Notes: generated by a model not told the origin, from the sequence alone. A stretch of 64,000 nt of DNA from Candidatus Latescibacterota bacterium (GCA_965222075.1 OZ244937.1:4512001-4576000), one strand, 5' to 3'. Numbered from the stretch's first letter, positions 1 through 9,673 are shown. Translations and numbers: made by a program.

Positions 1-63
1 GCGAGGCTGCGGTTCAGCCCCAATGCGGTTGTGATTTTGCAGGATGAGGGAGATCCCACATGA
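1..63 (+). CDS. 3' end of upstream gene, probably the ABC ATP-binding subunit (partial)
   Basis: Frame 1 reads ARLRFSPNAVVILQDEGDPT* and its TGA overlaps the permease ATG (ATGA at 60-63). The tail resembles a TOBE-domain end; the identity is inferred from context. Confidence 0.45.
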   Translation, partial: ARLRFSPNAVVILQDEGDPT

Positions 64-1748
64 TGCGGCGGTACGACCTGAACTGGCCTACCCTGGTTTT
101 TCTGGGGGGGCTGGCTGTCTTTTTTGCCCTCTTCCTGTTCTACCCACTTTCGTACGCTTTTTACAATGCGCTGGTAGTTGATGGGGCGTTCTCCACTGTC
201 TTTTTTGAATTGATGGTGACCAATCCCGTGTATTGGGAGGCGATTCTGAACAGCTTCCGGCTGGGGGTGGTCACGACGCTTGCGACGACCCTTATGAGCC
301 TTCCGATCGCGTTTCTGCTGGTGCGTTACGACTTCCGCGGCAAGGGGATTCTCAACGGGCTGATCTTGGTACCGATGGTCCTACCCCCCTTCGTGGGGGC
401 GATTGGCATGAAGCAGATGTTCGCCCGTTTCGGATCGATTAATTTGCTGCTGCTCGACCTGGAGCTTATCGATCAGCCGGTCGACTGGTTCGGTGGGGGA
501 GGGTTTGTGGGGGTTGTGATTTTGGAGGTGCTGCACCTGTATCCGATTATGTACTTAAACGTCGCTGCGGCGCTGTCCAATATCGACCCCAGCTTAGAGG
601 AGGCGGCACGCAACATGGGCAGTAGCGGGCTGCGGTTGTTTCGTTCGATCACGTTTCCCCTGATGCTGCCGGGCTACTTCGCCGGGGCGATTATCGTCTT
701 TATCTGGGCGTTTACGGATCTGGGCACGCCGCTGATTTTTAACTACCGGCAGGTGGTGGCCGTCGAGATTTTCAATTCGATTTCGGACATCAACGAGAAC
801 CCGATGGCTTACGCCTTGGTGGTTTTTGTGCTGTTGTTGACGGTTTTCTTCTTCTATCTTTCCAGGGTCCTGCTGGGGGGCAGGCGCTATGAGATGGTCG
901 CCCGCGGGCATGTGGGGTCTGCGGTGCGTCCGGCCTCAGGCGGGCTGACGTTTCTGATCTACGGGCTGATGCTTTCCCTGACGGCTGTGGCCATGATTCC
1001 CCACCTCAGCGTGTTTCTGACGTCCATTTCCGAACGGTGGTTCATGTCGGTGTTGCCACAGGAGATCACCGGCAAGTACTACGGGCTGGCATTCGAACAT
1101 CCAATTGCCGCCAACAGCATTCGGATCAGCCTGATATTGAGTATTTTGAGCACTGTGGCCGATGTGGCGCTGGGGGTTGCGATTGCCTATCTGTTGTCCC
1201 GCACGCGCATCCCCTTCAAGGGGGTCATCGACGGGGTGGCCATGCTCCCCTTGGCTCTGCCGGGGCTGGTGCTGGCCTTCGGCTATCTGGCAGGGTATTC
1301 GGGGACGTTCCTGGATGCCCGAAACTATCCCGTACCTCTCTTGGTGATCGCCTATACGGTGCGCCGTTTGCCCTACATGGTCCGGTCGGCCTATGCGGGG
1401 TTCCAGCAGACGAGTATGGCCTTAGAAGAGGCCGCGCAGAACCTGGGCGCTTCGCGGATGCGAACGATGCTGCAGATTACGTTCCCGCTGATTCTGGCCA
1501 ATCTGGTGGCGGGGGGCATCCTCTGTTTCGCCTTTGCTATGCTGGAGGTTAGCGACAGTCTGATCCTGGCTTTCAAGGACGAATATTATCCGATTACCAA
1601 GGCGATTTACGCCCTGATGGGGCGGATTGCGGATGGTCCCTACATTGCCAGCGCCATGGGAATTTTCGGCATGGCGCTGCTTATGGTCGGCCTTTTTCTG
1701 GCCGGGCGGTTTTTGGGACAACGGATGGGAGAGCTGTTCAGGGCCTGA
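60..1748 (+). CDS. ABC transporter permease, FbpB/ThiP type (Fe3+/thiamine class), two fused BPD_transp_1 halves
   Basis: About 12 TM segments, two EAA loops (LEEAARNMG, LEEAAQNLG), and FIWAFTDLGTPL typical of iron(III) permeases. Confidence 0.9.
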   Translation: MMRRYDLNWPTLVFLGGLAVFFALFLFYPLSYAFYNALVVDGAFSTVFFELMVTNPVYWEAILNSFRLGVVTTLATTLMSLPIAFLLVRYDFRGKGILNGLILVPMVLPPFVGAIGMKQMFARFGSINLLLLDLELIDQPVDWFGGGGFVGVVILEVLHLYPIMYLNVAAALSNIDPSLEEAARNMGSSGLRLFRSITFPLMLPGYFAGAIIVFIWAFTDLGTPLIFNYRQVVAVEIFNSISDINENPMAYALVVFVLLLTVFFFYLSRVLLGGRRYEMVARGHVGSAVRPASGGLTFLIYGLMLSLTAVAMIPHLSVFLTSISERWFMSVLPQEITGKYYGLAFEHPIAANSIRISLILSILSTVADVALGVAIAYLLSRTRIPFKGVIDGVAMLPLALPGLVLAFGYLAGYSGTFLDARNYPVPLLVIAYTVRRLPYMVRSAYAGFQQTSMALEEAAQNLGASRMRTMLQITFPLILANLVAGGILCFAFAMLEVSDSLILAFKDEYYPITKAIYALMGRIADGPYIASAMGIFGMALLMVGLFLAGRFLGQRMGELFRA

Positions 1749-1763
1749 GAAAGGCAAGACGAG

Positions 1764-2699
1764 ATGCTCCTGGTCGGTGTGGCGCTGTTGCTGATTATTG
1801 TGGTTATTTTCGGTTTGACCGATGGGATCGGACGGCGGCGGAAAGAGGCGGCCTTTGACGCAGATCGGATGGCTGCGGAGGTGGCAAGCGTTACAGAGAA
1901 GGCTTTGGGTCTTTATGCCCAGAGTCGACGCCCGGTTGTGGGAGCCGTCCTCTTAGGGTTGATGGATCGGATAGGAGTGGACCGGGCGGTTGGAGTGGCA
2001 CATCTGGAACGGGTGGGATTCCCGTCCGATGGGCTGGTAGGCAGCGCCCCTCAGGGGAGGTCTCACCTGTTGGTCGTGCGTGCGGGAGAAGGCCTGGAGG
2101 ATGCCTTGGAACGGGCGATGCTCGTGGGCATCCAGGTGGCGCGCATCGATGACGACTATGCCTGTGTGGGGGACGATTATGCAGACCCGGAGGCGCTGGC
2201 GCGCCGGGCAGAAGCCGCAGAGATCGAGCTGTTTGGCGACGAGCGCCGGGAGCGCTATGCCCTCTACGAAAAGGCGGCGCTGGTTCTTCAGGATATGCTG
2301 CAGGACGACCCTGAAGGCGAACGGGGGGACATGATTCGGAACCTGCTGGAGGCCTTTGACGGGCGGATTGAATCGCTGCAGGCAGAACTGGAACAGGCCA
2401 TGGCAAAGGTGCCGGAGCCCGAGACGCTGGTGTGGGGCGATAGCCGGGACCGGCGGCTGTATTATTTCAAGATGGGGGTGACCAACTCCCTAAGGCGGAG
2501 CGGACACCTGCAAAGTCTGGGCCACCTCTACAGGCGCCAGGGTGTGAACTACGATGTGGAGGAGGCTTACGACTTGGCCGCGCAGGAATGCCCGCCGCTG
2601 GTGCTGGCCGGCCAGACCGAGATCGACCGGCTACTCAGGATGGGGCCTGCCGAGGTTCAGGGGCTGGTTCAACGGGCCCTGCCTGGAGACGACGGCTGA
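1764..2699 (+). CDS. Hypothetical protein with N-terminal membrane anchor
   Basis: 311 aa with a hydrophobic N-terminus, 15 bp after the permease, host-like codon use, no recognisable motif. Confidence 0.7.
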   Translation: MLLVGVALLLIIVVIFGLTDGIGRRRKEAAFDADRMAAEVASVTEKALGLYAQSRRPVVGAVLLGLMDRIGVDRAVGVAHLERVGFPSDGLVGSAPQGRSHLLVVRAGEGLEDALERAMLVGIQVARIDDDYACVGDDYADPEALARRAEAAEIELFGDERRERYALYEKAALVLQDMLQDDPEGERGDMIRNLLEAFDGRIESLQAELEQAMAKVPEPETLVWGDSRDRRLYYFKMGVTNSLRRSGHLQSLGHLYRRQGVNYDVEEAYDLAAQECPPLVLAGQTEIDRLLRMGPAEVQGLVQRALPGDDG

Positions 2700-2728
2700 A
2701 CGGGTTGGTGTAAAGAGGGTGGTGTCGT

Positions 2729-3859
2729 ATGTCCGAAAAGGTATCTGTGCTTTTTGTTCTGCCCGTTGGTTCGACAGAAGATGCCGCGGTTCAAGAGACG
2801 CTGCGAGGGATCTCGTCTCAGACCTATCCCTCTTCTCTGATTGAGGTGATTCGGGTCCAGTATGTACCGGCTGAGCCGGGGGCACGCACATCGGCGCTGA
2901 ACGCCGCGCGAGAGGGGGCCAGCGGGGCGTTTGTGGTCCATGCGGAACCGGGCGTGGTTTGGGATGGGAATAAGCTTGAGCAGCAGGTGCGTCGGCTTAA
3001 GGCCAGCCCTTCGGCAGGGGCGTGCGTGCACCGGATGACCGCTCGAAACAGCGATGGGAAGACCTGGGCGCTTGACCTGGGGGGAATACGCGCGTACGGC
3101 CCCCGCATCGGGTGTCTGCTGAGGTCGCCCTGGGGGCCTGGAGCGGCGATGCTTCAACAAGAGGTGATGGCGAGGGTGGGGGTCTACCGAAACGCAGAGG
3201 AAGTCCTGTGGGAGTATGCCATCCGCTTGGTGGAGAAAGGGCACGTTCTGGATCTCTTAGACGAAGACTTGGCGGTTTGGAACACAGATGCTCCGGTAGA
3301 GGAGCAGCGGCCCCTGGTGCCGGCACAGATCCGGTATGGGTTTTTAAAATCTCACCTGGACCGGACGTCACCGGAGGCCCTGTTTTCCAGCAAGTGCCCC
3401 GAATCGACCGGACGGCTCATACTGGCGGGACTTTATCAGAAGAACGACGATCTGGAGGCTTCCCATACCCTCTGCCAGGAAGCGGGCGGGCAGGCCGATG
3501 GCCCCGAGGCAAGCTACTGGCACGGGATTGTGCACCGGCGGGAACCCGATTTTTCCAATGCCAGGGGATGGTTTAAAAAGGCAGAAGGCCTGTCGGCCCT
3601 GCCCGAGATTTCTCGGGAGGTTGTGGCCTTCCTGCAGCGTGTGCTTCAAGTGCCCGACTACGGAGAGGCCCGGGAGGTGGCGCTGCGGTTTCTGCACCAC
3701 CTGCAGTCTCACGGGACGTGGGACCCCTTCTATTTTGTCGATTTGTGTGAGGCCTGCATGAGAGGGGGAACGACACAGGAGAGGCAGCTGCTGGAGAAGA
3801 CGCAGGAGATCGAATTCGACAGGATGTTTGACTGGACCTACCGGATGGCGACGGAGTAA
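2729..3859 (+). CDS. Degenerate GT2-like domain fused to a helical 'YWHGIVHRREPD' domain
   Basis: N-terminal half follows the GT-A pattern (ISSQTYP..IEVI, SALNAAREGASG, WDGNKLEQQV). C-terminal half has DLEASHTLCQ...SYWHGIVHRREPDFSNARGWF. Confidence 0.7.
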   Translation: MSEKVSVLFVLPVGSTEDAAVQETLRGISSQTYPSSLIEVIRVQYVPAEPGARTSALNAAREGASGAFVVHAEPGVVWDGNKLEQQVRRLKASPSAGACVHRMTARNSDGKTWALDLGGIRAYGPRIGCLLRSPWGPGAAMLQQEVMARVGVYRNAEEVLWEYAIRLVEKGHVLDLLDEDLAVWNTDAPVEEQRPLVPAQIRYGFLKSHLDRTSPEALFSSKCPESTGRLILAGLYQKNDDLEASHTLCQEAGGQADGPEASYWHGIVHRREPDFSNARGWFKKAEGLSALPEISREVVAFLQRVLQVPDYGEAREVALRFLHHLQSHGTWDPFYFVDLCEACMRGGTTQERQLLEKTQEIEFDRMFDWTYRMATE

Positions 3860-4127
3860 AGGGAATGCGGCGCAGGAGTGGTGGAACCAGAAGCAGGGCG
3901 ATGCGCGCCTTCGGTCCGCTGTAGCTGGGGTTGCAGAGGGCCGAATAGCGCCAGACGCTGACCCCTTCCGGGGTGTAACTGCCGAAAAAGAGGATGCCGG
4001 AGTCGGTGATAGAGATCACGCTGACCAGGCGGTCTTCAGCATCGTCTCCGGGCACCCCGCTGATCTGCTTTTCGCTCGCGCTCGGAAACTCACCAGTACC
4101 GAACGGGTGACGGTTTTCAGATGTCTG

Positions 4128-4412
4128 TTATGCGTCCTTGTTTTTTCGGGACTTCTTATAAATGGGTTTCATGCGTTCGACAACTTCCTCATCGGTGGTG
4201 CATGAGGCGACGATTTGTGTGAATTCTTCCGCCGAGATGCCCAGTTCCTCCAGGAACCTTTTGTCTGCCCCTCACGGGTAGACATAATCTCCAATGGTCT
4301 CCCGGAGTTTGGCGCGCGCCTTGTCGGTGATGCGGGGCAGCCAGGAGATGCCCCCCATAGCAAGCATCCGGCTGCGGGGGCGGAAGTCGACGGCCGAGTT
4401 GAGTTTGTCCAT
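4128..4412 (-). CDS. DUF5069-like protein, 94 aa, in-frame TGA at codon 47 (candidate selenocysteine)
   Basis: ATG at 4412 with SD AAAGGAG (4421-4427). Reads PRSRMLAMGGISWLPRITDKARAKLRETIGDYVYP-TGA(4272-4274)-GADKRFLEELGISAEEFTQIVASCTTDEEVVERMK...KDA-TAA(4128). Family resemblance continues past the TGA. Confidence 0.8.
4243..4258 (-). promoter_or_regulatory. Candidate bacterial SECIS hairpin
   Basis: mRNA GGUUCC-UGGA-GGAACU begins 13 nt after the UGA. The loop starts 19 nt after the UGA and has G at loop position 2. Confidence 0.6.
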
Positions 4413-4478
4413 CAGATTTGCTCCTTTCACAGTGAAGTGATAATAGACTGGGTGTATCCCTTTATTTGATAATTTGAT

Positions 4479-4508
4479 AACATAGGGAGTTTTGTGCCGA
4501 AAAGTCAA
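4479..4508 (-). promoter_or_regulatory. Sigma70-like promoter for the DUF5069-like gene
   Basis: Minus strand TTGACT (4508-4503), 18 nt spacer, TATGTT (4484-4479). Confidence 0.5.
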
Positions 4509-4575
4509 GGGTCCAATGGATGTCCTGGTCGGAGCGCGTTTCCACACCGATGGCCTCCCGGAGGGGTTATTCTCT

Positions 4576-5145
4576 TCAGGAGGTTTTGTATAGGGTTAAC
4601 GCGGTATCCCCGTACTCCTTCTGTTTGAGCATAGAGAGACGCGCGCATGCGGTGGGCAGGTCGAGTTGGGGGGTGTGTTGAAGCAGGACCACACCGGTTT
4701 CCCCGGCCAGGGCGGTCTGGCTGATGCGGATGAAGATCGAGAGGGCGATGGGGACGCCGTCGAGTTGCTGGTGATAGGGGGGGTCGAGGTAGATGGCGTC
4801 GAAGGGCATGCACTCTGCATCGAGCAGGGGGAGGAGTTTTTCGGCGGGTCGGGAGAGGAGCCGGATGCGGCCCTCGATGTCCCAGATTTTGAGCAGGTCG
4901 GCGATGGTGCGGCACCTGCGCCCCTCCGGTTCGTTCATCACCACCTTCGCACCCCGGCTGAAGGCCTCCAGTCCGATCTGCCCGGAACCGGCACAGAGGT
5001 CGAGAAAGCGCAGGCCGGTCAGGTCGCTGCCGAGGATAGAAAAGGCGGCTTCTTTGACCCTCCCGGAGGTGACCCGGGCATTTCCGTATTTTTTGATGTT
5101 GAAGGGGACGACGCGCCCTTTCAGGCTGCCGGTAATGATGCGCAT
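4576..5145 (-). CDS. rsmD: 16S rRNA (guanine966-N2)-methyltransferase
   Basis: MRIITGSLKGR start, RVKEAAFSIL, FLDLCAGSGQIGLEAFSRGA, DPPY, KEYGDT. Start moved to the ATG at 5145. Confidence 0.9.
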   Translation of the reverse strand: MRIITGSLKGRVVPFNIKKYGNARVTSGRVKEAAFSILGSDLTGLRFLDLCAGSGQIGLEAFSRGAKVVMNEPEGRRCRTIADLLKIWDIEGRIRLLSRPAEKLLPLLDAECMPFDAIYLDPPYHQQLDGVPIALSIFIRISQTALAGETGVVLLQHTPQLDLPTACARLSMLKQKEYGDTALTLYKTS

Positions 5146-5214
5146 CACAGGACTAAAAATACGCGATCCAGGACCCTTTGTCAATCTATTCCAGTATCTA
5201 AAAGCCCGCCGGGG

Positions 5215-5244
5215 TTGACTGGAAGGAGAGAAGTGTCTTATAAT
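5215..5244 (+). promoter_or_regulatory. Sigma70 promoter
   Basis: TTGACT (5215-5220), 18 nt spacer, TATAAT (5239-5244), upstream of the gene at 5298. Confidence 0.7.
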
Positions 5245-5270
5245 ATAGAATTGGTATTTAAAGATCCATT

Positions 5271-5296
5271 ACCGCAGAGACGCAGAGGATGCAGAG
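5271..5296 (+). repeat. Dispersed ACCGCAGAGACGCAGAG repeat, copy 1
   Basis: 25/26 identical to 18302-18327. Confidence 0.8.
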
Positions 5297-5297
5297 C

Positions 5298-6614
5298 ATG
5301 TTGATTGTGAAGGGCCTGGGTATTCTGCTGGTTCTCACCTGGACCACAGCCACAACAGCGGATGACGCACCTGTACCACAGGGGTTTTCCCTGTCCAGCC
5401 TGCTGGGCACGGTGACGGTGGGTGGGGCGCAGTGGCAGCGTTTAGACCTGCGGCCCCAGATCCGGTCGGGGGCGTTTGAGGCGGTGCTGGACCTGGAGTT
5501 GTTTCTGGATGAAACAGGACGGTTTCGAAGCCTGGGGTGGAATTTTTCGAGCCGGCGGCAGGGCTTAGAGAGCGTGCTTCGAAAGATTGGCTACATCCAA
5601 TATGGCGATATGGGCCACCTCAGGCGCCAGGTCTACCTGAGGGTGGGCGACTTAGAAGAGGTGACGCTGGCGCAGGGGATGATTATGTGGCGCTACCGGA
5701 ACTCCTTATACGCGCCCGGGGCGAAAAAGACGGGGCTGGATTTGCAGCTCCGGGGGCTTGGGGGCGGGCGGGTGATGGTGCGGGGGATAATCAACAACTT
5801 CTTAGATCTGGACGGGGGCGGGCCGGTTGTTGGCGGGCGGGTGGTGGTGCAGCCGCCGGGGCCCCTGGCCGTGGGGGCTACGGTAGTGATGGATATCGAC
5901 CAGTTGAGCGGAATGCCCGATTCGGTGCGGACGGCCCTGGACAAGGACTGCTACGGGGCCTTCGGCGTGGATGTGGCATACCCCCTTTTGAAGGCCCCGC
6001 TGGCCCCGGTGACCCTCTACGGGGGGGTGTCCCGGACGCTTTCGGGGACCAAGAGCGGGACCGGATTGGGCGTCCCGGGGGTGAAGCTGACGATGGGGAG
6101 GGTGAGCCTTCGGGTGGAGTACCGATGGGTGGAGGGCCGGTTTACGCCCGGTCATTTTGATGCGCTCTACGAGTTGAACCGGGCGGTGGTGGATTCGGCA
6201 GGCCGCGTGGTGACCCGGGAGGCTGCGATGGCAGACCTGTCTATGCGGGGAATTTTTGGAGACCTCGTCCTTTCGCTGGGGCCGTTGCTGAAGGCACAGG
6301 CGTCTTACCAGTATCTGAGCAATAAGGACGCGGCCGACCGCCGCCTCGAGGGGCGAGCGTCCCTTAAACCGGCGCTGCTGCAGCAGTTTCGGAAGGTCTC
6401 GCTGGCCGAGGCTTACTACGAAAACCACCACCGGGGCGCAGGAAAGGGAGTGCTTGACATCACATCTGAGACCCGTTTCGGGTACCGCCTGGGATTGAAG
6501 CCCGTTCCCGGGCTGTCGGTGATCTGGGAGGTGCAGTTTACCTATGAGCCGGACGGCACAGGGGGATTGCAGCGCAGGCGTGCTTTGAACCTGCAGTCCC
6601 TGATCAGCCTTTAG
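5298..6614 (+). CDS. Hypothetical exported protein, probable outer-membrane beta-barrel
   Basis: Signal peptide (LLVLTWTTATTA-DD), many amphipathic beta-strand patterns, C-terminal strand LNLQSLISL. The ATG at 5289 lies inside the repeat, so 5298 is preferred. Confidence 0.7.
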   Translation: MLIVKGLGILLVLTWTTATTADDAPVPQGFSLSSLLGTVTVGGAQWQRLDLRPQIRSGAFEAVLDLELFLDETGRFRSLGWNFSSRRQGLESVLRKIGYIQYGDMGHLRRQVYLRVGDLEEVTLAQGMIMWRYRNSLYAPGAKKTGLDLQLRGLGGGRVMVRGIINNFLDLDGGGPVVGGRVVVQPPGPLAVGATVVMDIDQLSGMPDSVRTALDKDCYGAFGVDVAYPLLKAPLAPVTLYGGVSRTLSGTKSGTGLGVPGVKLTMGRVSLRVEYRWVEGRFTPGHFDALYELNRAVVDSAGRVVTREAAMADLSMRGIFGDLVLSLGPLLKAQASYQYLSNKDAADRRLEGRASLKPALLQQFRKVSLAEAYYENHHRGAGKGVLDITSETRFGYRLGLKPVPGLSVIWEVQFTYEPDGTGGLQRRRALNLQSLISL

Positions 6615-6686
6615 GGGGCAAAGGGCAAAGCAGAGGTTTTGTCAAGCTTTTCTTGAGGTGGGCGCCTCCCAAAAGGAAAATTCTCC

Positions 6687-9661
6687 CTATTGGGGCGATT
6701 TTTTGAGAAGCAAGGCCTCCAGCCTGCCCCTGGCGACGGAATGATCGGGGGTGAGGGAAAGGGCTTTGCGATAGGCCGCAACGGCCTGTTCAACCCGTTT
6801 GAGCTTTTCATAGGCCTCCGCCAGACCCAGATGGGCGTCCGAACTGTCTGGCGCGATTGTAATGGCCTTTTGAAAGGATGAGACGGCGTCGAGATGGCGG
6901 CCCTGGCGGTTGCGGAGGATGCCGATGTTGACGTGGGCCTCTCTAAATTCGGGATTATAGGCCAGCATCGCACGGTAGATAGCGAGGGCTTTGTCAAGCT
7001 GGTTCTTTTTTTGGTATTCGGTGCCGATGTTGAAGTGTTCGGCCCGATAGGCAAACTTGGCGGGATCGCGTGCGATGGCCTTGAGGATGGCCGTATGAGC
7101 CGCATCGAGGTTGCCGGTACGCTGGTGTACCCGGGCGAGCACGTGCCAGGCGTTGGCACGGGTCGAGTCGAGCTGAACGATCCGTTCCGCAACGGCAACG
7201 GCCTCGCCGTAGCGTTCGGTTGCCACATAGAGATTTGCCAGGTTGAGGTAGGTGGGGGCGTGATTGGGCCTCAGTTTCAGGGCCTTCAAATACTCCTGAA
7301 GGGCCTTTTCATACTGCTTCTGCCGTTTGAATTCGGCACCCAATTGCGATCGAACCTGCACAAGCAGCGAAGTGTACCGGCCGATGTCCCTGTCTCCCGG
7401 GCGTTTTGAGGCCAACCATTCCAGGTACTGTCCCAGGTACCCCGCCCCTTCGGCCTTCATCCCCGCTCTGATCATGCCAACATAGGTCGACGGCGAAATG
7501 CCTGCGGGCGGGTCGGCCTGGTCCCATGCCCATTTTGCATCGTCCCACCTGCCCCGGGCGAGATAAGCCAGGGCCTTCAGACCACTCCCGATTGTGGTGG
7601 TCACCCCATCCCATGCCCGTTTTGCAATCCCTTTTGCGTCGTCCCACCTGCCCTGTCTGAGGTAGGCCAGGGCCTTCAGACCTTTCTCGGCCGCACCGAT
7701 ATAGCCTGTTAGCGAAGCCCTCTCCGATATGGATGCCTTATGCCGCTCTCGCATTGCATCGTCCCGCCTGCCCTGTCTGAGGTACACCTCACCCAGCAGA
7801 AGGTGCCCCAATTTAAATCCCGGTCTCACTTCTACCGCACGCGTAAACGCCTTGATGGCCCCCTCCCAGTCCTGCTGCCGGTAGGCCTTCACGCCGGTCC
7901 GGATATGCCGGTCGGGCAGGTTTGGGTCCGCCTCCACCTCCGCCTTCCACCGTGCCAGCAGGTCCTTTACGTCCACATTTGTCCGGCGGTACACAGACAC
8001 CCGAGGGTGATCAAATGCCGTAATTGTGGGTTCGGCACCCTCTTCAGAGAACTCCCAGCCCGGAATTTTGGGGGATATTTTGAAGGTGGCGACCCGTTTA
8101 AATCCCAGGTCTCCAGAGGCCAGCCGGCTGTAAAACAGATGGCCGATCGGATACTGCTTCGGGACCTCCGAGTACTGCCGCATCCGGTTCTCCTCGATCA
8201 GGACGATCCACCTCATGCCTTTCAACCGGTCCCACACAAAGTCGATATGCATCCCGTAGGGATAGTGCCCTTCTGAAGAGATAAGAAAGGCCATGTTGTC
8301 TCTCTTGCGGTGGTAGCGGTCTTCCGGCACCATCCAGAGGGTTGGAAACCCCCCCCGCTCCGCCAGTACTCCATCTCCCTGTGGAATATGCTTCTGCACC
8401 CATCGCGCGGCCACAAACCGGGCGTCTTCAACCCCGTATATCCCCGCCTGGGCGATGCCGTAGCCCGCGGCAGGCACCCCCACCAGGAGCGCCGGAAGGC
8501 CATACACCCACTTCCGGTCCACGCGCCTGCGCAGCCAGTCGCCTGCCTGCAGACATGCCCACGCACCCAATACCGCCAGCATCGGCAGCATCGGTGTGAC
8601 ATAGCGGATGGGCTTGGCGTGGAACCCGCCCACCATCAGGAAGTAGGGGACGAGCCAGGCCAGCAGCACCCACCAGCCCCGCTCCCTTTTCCACACGGCC
8701 AGCAGCACGCCGCACAGGGCGGCGATCTCCAGGGGTGTTCCCAGCGCATACCGGAACAGGTGCGTGACGTAAAAGAGGTAAGGGGTGGTGGAAAAGTCGT
8801 AGAGCACCCAGATGCGAATTATCTCGCCTTTGTGACCTTTATGCTGGGCAGCAAATTACGCATATCTCCCGAGTTGAAGAACTCGTCGGGTCTGAGCAGG
8901 AGGGGCTCACAGAGCACCGCCACGGCGACCACCACTGCCCCACACAGCAGCGCAGGCGGGATGACTACGGGGCGTACCCAGCGCCAGACCTTTTCCCAGA
9001 TCTTTCCGGTTCCCACCCCTTTTCCCGTTGGCCAGAGGTGCGCCACCAGAAAGGCCAGGCCCAGCATCCCGCCCAGCAGCCGCGTTCCGGCGCCCATTCC
9101 GCAGGCCATTCCGCACCACAGGTAGGGCCACGTGCGGTCCGACGGCAGTTTCAGGATGAGATAGATGCCCAGGGTGATCCAGAACGCAAAGGACACATCC
9201 ACGGTATAGTAATGGCTCTGCTGGATGTGCCCGGCGCAGAATGCCAGAAAGGCCGCGCTTAATACGCCGGTCCAGATCCCGGCGAGATGGCGCCCGATGG
9301 CGAATACGACCCACACGGTGAGGACGCCCAAGGTGGCCGAGATTCCCCGACCCAGCAGGTGGGTGAATTTGACCGACCGATTGTCCCGCCGGTTGAAGGG
9401 TTCGATCCCCACCAAGTAGCCCGTGCCCCGGGCGAGGGCCCACAACAGGTAGGCCGGGCCTTTGGAATAGGCTGTGACCGCCTTGCGGATGTCCACACCC
9501 ACCCACCCGGCGCTTTCGACCACGGTCCGCTCATCGGGATGGAAGTCGTAAAACTTGCCGGTCTCCGGGTCTGTACCCCAGCTTATTCCGTAAAACCGGA
9601 GAGCGGCGGATACGATGAGGATGAGAATAAGGAGCGCGTATGCGTTTCGATTTTCGGCCAT
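6687..9661 (-). pseudogene. ArnT/PMT-like (GT-C) glycosyltransferase with C-terminal TPRs, split by a -1 frameshift near 8830 (pseudogene or sequence error)
   Basis: ORF 8819-9661 has LRFYGISWG, FHPDE, GRGISATLG and HIQQSHYYTVD. ORF 6687-8807 continues with TM segments (KPIRYVTPMLP) and many TPRs. One added A gives ...KVT-KGEIIRIWVLYDF, about 991 aa. Confidence 0.75.
7522..7784 (-). repeat. Intragenic triplicated segment encoding (L/V)AYL(R/A)xGR(W/R)DDA
   Basis: Near-identical DNA at 7533-7583, 7632-7682 and 7754-7784. Confidence 0.8.
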
Positions 9662-9673
9662 AATTGCCTCCTC

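Noticed and set aside
4272-4274. Genome-wide reassignment of TGA (Trp or Gly) as the explanation for the in-frame TGA
   Set aside because: TGA ends many complete conserved genes here (permease, glyQS, rodA, rsfS) and forms ATGA overlaps, so any readthrough must be site-specific.
4272-4547. 91-aa ORF as called in the track
   Set aside because: Its first 45 residues span the promoter region. The SD-supported start is 4412 and family resemblance continues beyond the TGA.
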